DNA of 27,330 nt from positions 271,250,313 through 271,277,642 of the forward strand of contig JANKJI020000002.1 of assembly GCA_024626585.2 (NCBI GenBank), read 5' to 3'. Made by a program: the position numbers and the translations under genes. The notes under the pieces are model-generated. The model was given only the letters and a program-made list of their open reading frames with translations, did no database searches and was not told where the DNA came from. This DNA comes from Ginkgo biloba (taxonomy: Eukaryota > Plantae > Ginkgophyta). Below are positions 1 to 11,099 of the stretch, piece after piece (the first letter of the stretch is position 1; the number at the start of each line of letters is the position of its first letter).

Positions 1-748
1 CTCGAGGAAAAGCGATGCAAAAAGCAGAAGGAGACAATCATTAGTGGAAACTCTGATAGGCGCGCGAATGTGTGGTTGATGATAACTTAAAATCGATAAT
101 GATATCCTTTGGAGTAATGACAGCTAGTCTAGTGCGTTAGGAGTCGACTTATAAATGAAAGCAGCCAATCCATTGATGGGTACTACTTTTATGAAAGTTA
201 TTTTATTCTAGTCTGATGAGAAGCGCATATTTCTGAATCTGTTCGGTGCCAAATCGTGCGCTGCGCTGTCCATTTACTTTAGGAGTTCGTTTTAAGGGCC
301 TCATTCAATATTGTTTCAAGTGAAAGCTAAAGTAATATAGTATTTTTTTTTTTTAATAAATTTGCACAGAAAAGCCTTTTGCCTTATCCATTGGATAGTA
401 AATAGCATGTTTATAGTCGCTGTTGCAGCCTGTCGCCCATCGGCCTTTCGCCTTTTTAACGATTTTTACCACCACCTTTTTTTAATTATATATTCTATTT
501 TTTCAATTGTCTGTCGGTTATATATTTGTACAAATGAATAGCTGAGAAATTGTTTTTATACGGACACTCTAATACATCTCCTTGCACTTGAGAGCTATTT
601 AAATCGTTTTACTTTCTTGATTAAACTCCCAGCGTGGTAAAGAAGTCGATAGTTTGCAACGGATAAGAGATGGCGTTTCTAAAATGGTTTTTAGTGTTTG
701 CAATGATGTTGCATGTTACTCTCTCCTTCATTGAGCCGACGATGTCCA

Positions 749-1356
749 ATGGCTGCGCTAAACGGATTCTGTCCAAGAACAAAGGTATCGCCGCGTTTTC
801 TGCTTTTATATATTGTGTTTGATTTCGAGAGAGTCGAGAATAAATCGTATATAACATGCATGAGAGTCACATTTGGAAATTGTTTTTATTTATATAACAT
901 CCCTCTAGAATCTAGATATAGAGTAGCTACTCAAGGACGTGCATCTTAATTTTAATATATTGAGATTGGTTAGAATTCTAGCAATACTCTACTATATTGG
1001 TTCAGCTGTGACGAAGCCTTTATACAAATACGCTTTTCATTCTGTGAGCAGACATTAATATATAAATTGAATATATTACCCGAAAAACTTGTACACGATA
1101 ATTTTGATAGTAGCTATTTGTTGTGTACACGATAATTACTGGCTTTTTCGGCGCAGCTTTGAGCTTGGGAGTGAAAGTGGACGCCGTGGACCAGTATCAT
1201 GAACGAATTGATGAAGTTAGCCTACGACCGACAAGTGGAAATGGAATTGGACGACCAAAATCGTTCAGACAAAGAAATATGAAACCCAAAATGCACTGCA
1301 AAAGACAGATTCCTGGAGGACCTGATCCTCAACACCACGCCGGCAAGGGAAATTAA
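749..1356 (+). CDS. CLE: CLE (CLAVATA3/ESR-related) peptide precursor; proposed exons 749..784 + 1114..1356 (92 aa)
   Basis: The ORF ends ...KRQIPGGPDPQHHAGKGN*. RQIPGGPDPQHH (1303..1338) fits the 12-aa R-type CLE motif (cf. Arabidopsis CLE2 RLSPGGPDPQHH, CLE5/6 RVSPGGPDPQHH). The hydrophobic stretch LFVVYTIITGFFGAALS resembles a signal-peptide h-region. Exon 1 (ATG749, AAG|GTATCG donor at 785, phase 0) is inferred. The CLE identity of 1114..1356 is much more certain than the 5' exon. Confidence 0.8.
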
Positions 1357-2206
1357 ATCTATGAAAGCTGTTCAACAGCACAGCGCGAGAAGATGCTACC
1401 ACAAATAATTCAGTACACTTTGCAACTTGTTACAAATAATCTGGCCCAATGGTCCTTTTGAATACTAGCTTATAAATAAACATCAAACTTACACAAAATC
1501 ACGGTGATTTTGTGTTCAAGTCCGCAATGAATGTAATGCTTTCTGACAAGTTAATGGACATCTACATAGCAACAGCTTTTAGTGGCCATTAGAATGTTTG
1601 CAGTTAGTATATACAGACTTTAAAACATATGCGAATGTTGACGTTGTAACAGATGCAGTTCAGCTAGTTATAAAATTAATAAATTCTCTAGAACTCTTGT
1701 TCATTCTCTAGTTTATCTCGTTGGATTGCTCGGTGCGCTTCTTGTTTGAGATCCATTCCAATCTTTTTGTATTATTAGAATATGGCCTCTAATTTTAAAG
1801 TAGCCCAAGTAATTTTTTTTCTCAACTTTCGTGTGCGTGCTAAATAAGACAAATTATGAATAGCATTCCCGGCTGGCAGATTATACCTCCAAGCTTCGGG
1901 CCTACACATCTTTTTTTGCCCCGAAGCTTCAAAAGCCGCGGACGACGAGAATCGGAGAAGTCTGCGACTCCAAATAAAATTAAGAATTCTAAATATCTGT
2001 CGAATTAACGTCATCTGGACGGCCTATGCTAGATTTTAATTGCGACTATTCAGAAACGACATGAGCCAGTTTTCTATGGGCGTTGATAACAAATGATTTT
2101 TCTTCACGGGCGTTCGAAACTTTTTCACCTTCCATAACCATTGGCCGAGATTCAAGTTTAAAGACGACCTTCCCAAGTTCCATCCAATGTTTAAGAATAA
2201 AAATTC

Positions 2207-2843
2207 ATGAAAGTAGTTTTCAACGATGTGAGTGCAGATGCAAATTTTCCATTCCTTATTTAGGAGGGCGACCCTCTAATATTTAAAAAATAAAAACTGT
2301 CCCCGAGAGAATGAGAGAAGTTATCGATGATGTAATTCTTTCACTACATACATGATAACTTTACAAGCTTATTTTTGTACTAACACCAAAATTCACATTT
2401 ATTCCTCTTTTAAATTGAGTAGTAGAACATTTTATTTTTCTTTTTATCATATTTTTTTTCAAAATTTATTTTCATTTATTAGTGTGGGGTTGAATCATAG
2501 CTCCCATAAATACGAGCCAGAAATGAAAGTAGTTTTCAATGATGTGAATGCATATGTAATTTTTTCATTCCTTATTTACAACGGTGGCCCTCCAATATTT
2601 AAAAAATAAAAATTGTCCCCAAAAGAAGAAGTTATCAACAATGTGTGTTGACATAATTTTTTTAATAAATACATGATATTTTACAAGCTTATTTTTGTAT
2701 TAATTCCAAAATTTACATTTACTCATCTTTGAAAATTGGGTAGTAGAACTTTTCTTTTTCTTTTTTTCATGTTTTTTTTTTCAATATTTATTTTCATTAT
2801 GCTTATGGCGCTAAATCATAGCTCCCATAAATAGGATCAAGAA
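2207..2843. repeat. Diverged tandem duplication with a unit of about 316 bp (2207..2522, 2523..2843); the end of copy 2 and its flank recur at about 3058..3160
   Basis: Both copies begin ATGAAAGTAGTTTTCAA and share TAATATTTAAAAAATAAAAA-like, TTTACAAGCTTATTTTTGTA and AATCATAGCTCCCATAAATA blocks. Confidence 0.9.
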
Positions 2844-3849
2844 TGGGTCATTATTGTTACACCACAAGTTGACCATAGATGAAAAGAATATATTTTATTC
2901 AATTTATGGATTAATTCGATCTATTTTTTAGACTTTAGTTCNNNNNNNNNNNNNNNNNNNNNNNNNNNNNNNNNNNNNNNNNNNNNNNNNNNNNNNNNNN
3001 NNNNNNNNNNNNNNNNNNNNNNNNNNNNNNNNNNNNNNNNNATCAAACCACTAAAGTCTAAATCATAGCTCCCATAAATACAAGCAAGAATGGATCATGA
3101 TGAAAAGGACATGTTTTATTCAATTTGTAGATTAATTTGATCTATTTTTTAGACTTTAGTGGTTTGATAATGATGCCATTTTGACAGTTTATGTGGTTCC
3201 ACCTCTTTCAAAAGACAAGGAAATACAAAAGTTAATGTGGACAATGATTATATCTATCTTTATAAAAAAATATAATGAACCTCCCATTCACAAAACAAAT
3301 ATCTATTTTAGAATTTTCATAAAAATCTATTTACAAAACAAAATCACATGACTAGAAGGGATTCACAACCATGCATAGAGAAGGAAATAAGTGCAAGTAC
3401 ATAATAAGCTTATAAAAGGCTAAGTTGGTTGTCTTTCTTCATTAGTTGGAGGATTAGTCCATCTAGATTGTTGCCATCCTTATGATTTTGTTGCTATTAG
3501 ACAACTCAAGGGTATTGAACCTTCCCCATCCCTACACTATTCTATTTCTTAAAGTTGACACATCGAGGAATGAGTTTCAAAATCAACTCTTAAACACTTT
3601 GAGTTGAGAAGGCTTACAAAAGATAACACTCATATGGATTGAGTTGAATGGTCTTAAGTGGAGTGGTGTGGACGTCAATATAATATTGATACAACCTACG
3701 CAAAGGCTACCTCATAATAATGGAGTTCCTCCATGGACACCTCTACATCTTTCCCATTCATCCTTAAGGCCTCTACCTTATGGAAGTTTTGATGGGTAAT
3801 GTACAAGTGCATGTTAGCAACTAGACTACCGAAGAATGCAAATGATATT

Positions 3850-4378
3850 TGAAATAGGTGTTATAGAATATTCACCTCTAGAATATGGTTGTTAAGAGAG
3901 ACTTACATCTACACAAAGAGATCAAAAGTCAACTAATTCACAATTATGGAGATGACACTTATTATCAAATTACTAGAAAAAATAAGAATTATTTCTAAGA
4001 ACCCATATGATCCAAAGACTTCCAATCTAAACAAGATGCCAACTTTTCTTAAAACCTATGTCCATAGCTTCGTTCTCTTCAAGTATATCCAATTACCACA
4101 ATTAGTCTCTATATGAAAATAAAGTGGAAACAACATTAATAATTTTTTAGTAAGACAAACTAAAAGGGAATCTCCAAAAATATATGGAGAGTTAACTCTT
4201 ATATATCTTGACATAAAGAATAGGATAAAGGATGGCCAATTTTTTCCAACCTTACACCAAGAAGTAGACCATTTTGTAGAAGAAGCTACATCAACTTTCT
4301 TTTCTTGATTGTTGTTTTAACACCCTAAAAAACTTGAATCTTATAATACCATGATGATTGATTACCATTGATGGAGGA
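3850..4378 (-). mobile_element. Possible highly decayed Ty3/gypsy integrase C-terminal (GPY/F) region
   Basis: Minus-strand translation gives GNWIYLK...FGSYGFLE, resembling GDWVYLK...YGPYxILE. It has many stops and frameshifts. Confidence 0.3.
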
Positions 4379-5779
4379 NNNNNNNNNNNNNNNNNNNNNN
4401 NNNNNNNNNNNNNNNNNNNNNNNNNNNNNNNNNNNNNNNNNNNNNNNNNNNNNNNNNNNNNNNNNNNNNNNNNNNNNNCTAAAATTTCACCTGTAATTGA
4501 GATTCCTCCTACATAAGATAATTGCAATAGTAAAAACATGATTACCCCCTTGGAGACTGATCAAACGCTTCTACATATAACTCTATAAAACCTCCAACAC
4601 CAAGCGGGTACATTATAATAAGGGGTCTTACTCGTTTATTTGATCTTTCAATAGTTCACATATTCACTTGCACACAAGACACCCCTTCACACAATCATTC
4701 ATACATTCGAGGTATGTCGGGGATTAGCCTTTTGCCTCCTAATTATTTGGGCCAACCGTTCTAGTTGAACTGGATGGAGAAGTCTTTTCTTTGGATTAGA
4801 TGTTTCTTTTTTTATTTTAACTCCACCAGCATACTTGTGGATTCCATTCTATTTTTTTTCCTTACTTCCATTTTTGCATAAGTTTTTGTGGGTCATTTTT
4901 CCCACATGCAGTTGCCTTATTTCTCTTACTTTCTCCATGTGTTGGATTTATAACCTTACTAGTGTTCCCATACATGCTAGTGCCACACTTTACTCTCTAC
5001 ACTAGGAACCATGTCATCATTCCATAGCATGTGGAATGATGGAATGGTCCCAATGGCTATGTTATTTTTGGAATTCATTTTCACATATTCTAACCTCTAA
5101 TGAATCCCTACTTTTGAGTTATTCTTATTATCCCCCTAGTTGAAGGCCTCACCATCTTGTTCACTAGTATCTCCTTTCCTCATCCATGATGAGTCAACTT
5201 CTCCCTTTTTTATCCCCTTCACTCACTCATTTTATTTTGCAATTACTTACAATTGATGTAGGTTTACATCCTCTTAGGTCATTCTTCCTAAGTTCTTCAT
5301 CGAGGATGTATAATCCCAACTCAATCACCAAATGTTACATATAAAGACCCCACTTACCCTTTGTTGAAAGTCCCAAGGGTGACAACTAGAGCATACGATA
5401 GATAAGGATGACCTATCTTATTTACTCCAAAGTATGGAATGGTGTCATGATGGGGTCAAGAGTGAGGGGCCGAGTGGCCCTCCACTTTAGTAGGGGCGAT
5501 TCCCTTTAAGAATCATAAAGTGATAGAAAATAATATATAAAAGGGGAAAAGATCCCAAAATGGAACCTGTTATGCANNNNNNNNNNNNNNNNNNNNNNNN
5601 NNNNNNNNNNNNNNNNNNNNNNNNNNNNNNNNNNNNNNNNNNNNNNNNNNNNNNNNNNNNNNNNNNNNNNNNNNNNAGTTTGTATGTGTTTTTATAGTTT
5701 TACACACACTTTTTATAGTTAGTTTTTAATTATAGAAAACTATATAAATTTGTATAATGTGGCATACCCACTTTCTTTA

Positions 5780-6360
5780 AAATATATTATATCTTTAAGT
5801 ATTATGAATTGATTAGATTTTTAAATTCCTATCCATCAAGGGTAGCAATGCGGTAGGCTTCATTCTATAAATCTTTGAGAATGATGACTGGGCCTAACCA
5901 TTTTTGGATGAACGTTCCTTTTTTATCAAATAAGTAATCCAATTTCAAGACCTTGTCTCCTACTAGGAATTTTTTATACTTCACCTTTTTCTCGTAGATG
6001 ATATGACTCTAATTTTTATAGTCCTCTAAGTGTTGGCAGGTGAGGAGTCTCTTTTCATAGAGTTTCTCAAATTCTGTTAGTTGAGAGGCTTTAAGTCCTT
6101 CGTAATCCATCCAATTTTGAGTTGAAATTTTGAGAGAAGGAATCTCAATTTCGAGGGGGGGAATGTATTTTTTCCCATAAACTAGTGAGAAGGGAGTCAT
6201 CCCAGTAGGAGTTTGGATGGAAGTTTGGTATGCCCACAAAGAAGAAAATATTTTCAAATTCCATGATAAATGGATTGGTTAATGGTTCACTTCAAGACAT
6301 GGACCAAGGTCTTATTAAAATCCTCAGATTACCTATTGGATTGAAGGTAGTATAGAGTGT
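5780..6360 (-). mobile_element. Ty3/gypsy (Tat/Ogre-like) integrase remnant
   Basis: Translation gives YYLQSNR*SEDFNKTLVHVLK (cf. YYPQGNGQAEAxNKT) and LWAYQTSIQTPTGMTPFSLVYG..PPLEIEIPSLK, then KKVKYKKFLVGDKVLK...KWLGPVII...AYRIATLDG...YLK (GPY/F module). In-frame stops are present. Confidence 0.92.
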
Positions 6361-7419
6361 AATTTTGATCTGGATTTTAATTTTGATCTGGATTTTAATT
6401 TAGATTACCTATTGGATTATCATAATAAAGTTTAGTAAGTTTTTTTATTTCATGTGGTGATGTAGTGGCCCAAATTTAAGGATATTAGTTCTAAGAAAAT
6501 TTCTAAGTCAATGTTAATCGAAGGCTCAATTTCCATGTGGTTCCCTTATTTGAAGTGGTTAAGTGCAAGTGGCAATTCTACTTTTGTGTAAGGTGAAGGG
6601 AGATCAGATTGCCCATCTTCAAAGATGGGGCAAGAATAAAGCATAAGGATGTGATGGACGTTTGAAGCTCATGAATCATTCAAAACATGATTAGGGTCAT
6701 TCAAAAATGGTTGTTGATTAACCAGTGAATGATTGGTGGAGAGGCACCTACGCATATGTTTGTAGGTAGTGGAGTTATAACATCTAATAGGTTTGGGCCC
6801 CATCACACGAATAGGAAAGGGACAAATTTTTCTCTAGGGAACTAACTAGGATGTTGCTCTTAGTTGGATTAGATATATTTGATGTTTGACTTAGTTGGTC
6901 AATCTTATGTTGATTTGCATTGATAAAAAATGATGGTTTATCATGTTTTAATTGGTCCTCATCTAGGACAAGAAGATACATCAAAGGATAAATGGCTTGT
7001 GGAATATGAAGAAGAGGGGAAGGACTAAACTTCCTATGCTATCGAATGGAAAGTTAAGATCTTTCTTGGGAAAGGATAATATCTAGAGGAGGAGTATTGG
7101 TCCCTCATAGATTATTAATGACAAGATGATTAGGGGGATCTTTCTCATCTTGTGGAATAATAGATGCCACAGAAATTTTGTTAATATGATAAACTTGGGA
7201 CATTCGAATTAGATTATCTTCTTTGAGGGAAGTATCTAAATAACTAAGGGTAGAATCCTTGATAAACAAGTATTGACCAAAACCAAGTGGGACAAAGTCC
7301 TTAGTCACTTCTTCATTATTATCACCTTCATTAGAGGCAATATTAACTAATGGAATTATTAGGGTTGAAGTTGTTTACTTTAAGAAAGTTTGAATTCTTT
7401 TTACATTATGAAGGTGGCT

Positions 7420-7972
7420 GAGATGAAAGAATTAACTTTCTCCAAATAGCGATGAGACTGCGGCTTGTATTTTGTGAATCCAGGTCCTTCCTAAAAGGAT
7501 ATTATAATTTAACTCTTGATTCAAAACTATTAATTTAACCATAACAATATTTTCATTAAGAAAAATGGGAAGGGACATCTGGCCTAAAGGCATTTTTTAA
7601 TATTTATCATATCCTTTATAAACCAAAGTGGTAGGGTAAAGATTGCCAAGACCTAGCTATTCAAAGATACATATGGACATGACATTAATCAAAGACCCAA
7701 TGGTCGACAATACANNNNNNNNNNNNNNNNNNNNNNNNNNNNNNNNNNNNNNTGGGGAAGCTAGATTGGCCTTCTATAATTCTATAGGTGCAAGCTCAAT
7801 TCGATCAAACACAAAAATGTCACGTCAAATATCTAGGATGGAGATGAATAATGTAGTGAGAAAGGCCTCTCTTTATTCGGGATAATTTTTTAGTATGTCC
7901 ATTAAATACATGCTAGAATAAATTGAATACAATTCATCAATAAATGAGTAATTATTCCCTTGAGTGATTTGG
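7420..7972 (-). mobile_element. Ty3/gypsy (Tat/Ogre-like) gag-protease linker and aspartic protease remnant, same element as the 5780..6360 integrase
   Basis: Translation gives GSLINVMS...PTTLVYKGYD...PLGQMSLP...YNILLGRTWIHKIQAAVSSL (retropepsin-like). Upstream YSFIDEL...MYLMDILKNYPE*REAFL resembles the Tat/Ogre linker. Confidence 0.85.
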
Positions 7973-9207
7973 NNNNNNNNNNNNNNNNNNNNNNNNNNNN
8001 NNNNNNNNNNNNNNNNNNNNNNNNNNNNNNNNNNNNNNNNNNNNNNNNNNNNNNNNNNNNNNNNNNNNNNNNCATGAAGTGAAATAGATGGTATCATACA
8101 TCAAAGAGATTTTTATTTTTCATGCCTATAATTGAGGTATGTCAAAATTATAGAGTAGGGGAGAATGAAATAAAGGAAAGTCCAATATTATTAGAAAAGT
8201 ATAAATCGATTAAACTAATAAGAGTGGATCCTAATATAAAGGTAAGGTAAGGTAGGAAGTTATTCTAACTACCATATATCATCCACAAGGATTTATGGAT
8301 AAAGAAATGTCATATGAAATAAATGTTCCATGAAGGAAACTTGTTGTTAAAGAGAAAGAGAAAGATAATATGGAGTATCTCAAGCCAAAATTTAAGAAGG
8401 AAGTGATGTAAGGTTACTTGTATTTTATTTAGTGGAAGCATATTATGGTAATTATATATGGGTCATCTCTAATCAATTATGTCCATGTATGATTTTTTCA
8501 TAATTCTCTATAGATTTCTACCTATCATACTATAGTATTTACATAATTAGGTTCTCAAAATATTCTACTTTTAGACTCCTCTTTCATGCACTACAAATTT
8601 CCCTTAATGCACCATACCTTTTCCTGTATGCCATTGTTGGTTTTCCCTAAAACATCATAATTTTTTCTTGTAATAGGAAGTATGAAGAAAGATATGATCA
8701 TATGATTGATCATGACATATGGATACATGCAAAGTAACTAAACATAAAAAGATAATTTGAAAGGTAGATTTGGAGAGAATAAATTATGATTTCTTATTAA
8801 TCAAATATCTCTTATAAAATCCAAGAGAAGAATCTCTTATAATACGGTTTGTGCATAAGTGTAAGAATATGCATGCACATGCATGAATAAGTTTATCTAC
8901 AAGAATAAATATCTCATGGCCTATACCTTCTTATATATCTAGGCTAGGTCTAAAGATAATCTCTATCCAAATATATCCATGTCATACATTCTTCGATAAT
9001 TAGGACTTGTTATCAATGAAAGGATTCCTCTTGTATACATAAGAATGTTTCTAATTTAGGAGAAAATAAAATATAATAAAAAATCCTAGTATAAATAGGG
9101 AAAGTATATGACACATTTTCTCTTTTCTCATAAGCTCTCTTATGAATTATGGTCATGTGACCTATAAAGGGTGCCAAGCCTATGATCTCTTAGTTAGTAC
9201 ATATATG

Positions 9208-9645
9208 TGCACCCAATGGCATATCACTTGATCCCCCTATATAAATTAGTGGTCCATGTTACTTGTTACTCCCTAAGTGGTAATACCCACTCCTATGCGG
9301 ATGTATCTAATCTACTATTTATTTTTTTATGGTATTACCTTCTTCTTTATCCCATTACAAAAAAATATACATGGGGATCCTTTGATTAGGATGGTAAAGT
9401 ATAATTATGATTCCATGGTGAATACTTGATAGTAAAATTCTTATTCCCCTTAGGCACCTTATGAAAATTCCTTATTTTGTATAAAATAACATCTTGATCA
9501 TACAAGTATGGGATCCCAAAGACTAAAATAACACAATCAATCATAAATACATCACATGTAAACTTATTAATAAAGAAATATGTAATAAAAATTTTTACCT
9601 TACACTAATCAATTATTATAAACTTAGATTATTTATCCAACCAAC
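9208..9645 (-). mobile_element. Ty3/gypsy aspartic protease remnant (copy 1; same family as 21179..21760)
   Basis: Near-colinear DNA match to 21179..21648. It encodes WLDK...CKV...VTCDV...LGIPYLYDQD-type motifs. Confidence 0.8.
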
Positions 9646-11099
9646 NNNNNNNNNNNNNNNNNNNNNNNNNNNNNNNNNNNNNNNNNNNNNNNNNNNNNNN
9701 NNNNNNNNNNNNNNNNNNNNNNNNNNNNNNNNNNNNNNNNNNNNNGCAATTTCTTGCTTGGGATACGTGGCCTCCGATTTTAGTCTTTAGAGGAGGGATT
9801 GCTTGTGAGTACTCCATTTCTCCTTGGTAAGTCTTTTTATATTATTGGTCTCATTACTCATCCTTCTGACCAAGGACTGAGTGGGAAGCAGTATTATGTG
9901 CTATTAAGAAAAATATTCTTAATAGTGCATGAACCAGGGTTGTCATAGATTATTTTCTTATAAATAAGTGATACACCCTGATTTTTTTTATGATTGTTCT
10001 TTGAAATACAATCCCTTTAAGGGATGTATATATAGGAAGAGAAATGACCAATTGATGCAACTGAATATAGCTATTTTAAGAAAATGTAAGTTGTGGAGGG
10101 TTTTTAGGGGACCTCTCAATTTGATTTTAGTGAGGATCTAGTGTATTCTATAGAGAAGGTCCTCTCTCCCAACTCAAATAAAATTCGATTGGCCTAATAG
10201 TTGAGAGGTACAGGGATACTCCCTATAGTACCTCAACATATGTATGGTGTGTGTTAGTGCTTCATGTATGCAAAAAAGAGTTATGAGATGTATTATAAAT
10301 AATTAAATAAATAGGTAAACCCGTCCCCTTTTTATTAATTTCACATTTGAAACATAATTTTAAAAGATATANNNNNNNNNNNNNNNNNNNNNNNNNNNNN
10401 NNNNNNNNNNNNNGCAAAATTCAGTATGAAATGCAGTTTAGTTCAACTTTATTTCTTTATTTTAGAGGAACAAGACAAAGCGTGTCCTAAAAAAGATTTT
10501 CAAGATTGAAAACCCCATAGAACACATCAAGAGAATACAAGGATATATCTAAGGCATGAAGGACCATATTCTTATCAAAGAATACAAATGAGGTCAGTGA
10601 AATGACCTAGAGGGTGTTTCATAATGAGNNNNNNNNNNNNNNNNNNNNNNNNNNNNNNNNNNNNNNNNNNNNNNNNNNNNNNNNNNNNNNNNNNNNNNNN
10701 NNNNNNNNNNNNNNNNNNNNNNNNATAAGGTATCTTTCGTATTACCCAAATATTATCTATGCCATTATAAAAATGGAGGGGCACCCAACTAGGGTCAGAG
10801 GAGAGTTGTACCCTATCATCCTCTTCTCAGAAGAAACATGGCACAATGCACTCAAAAGGCTTCAAAAAACCTCGTAAATAAATAAAACCTAATTTATGAG
10901 TTAAATCAAATCTAAATCTTGATAGTGAGTAAGGAATACCCTTCCTAAAATGATAAAAACCACCAAGGAAAAAGGATTCAAATAGTATTTTGACCAGANN
11001 NNNNNNNNNNNNNNNNNNNNNNNNNNNNNNNNNNNNNNNNNNNNNNNNNNNNNNNNNNNNNNNNNNNNNNNNNNNNNNNNNNNNNNNNNNNNNNNNNNC

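Noticed and set aside
713-949. 78-aa plus-strand ORF (and antisense 621..857) as stand-alone genes
   Set aside because: No recognisable motifs. Most of it falls in the AT-rich putative CLE intron.
1123-1125. ORF-track start for the CLE ORF
   Set aside because: The codon is GTG, not ATG, and lies inside the hydrophobic region. It is an unlikely eukaryotic start, and the spliced model fits better.
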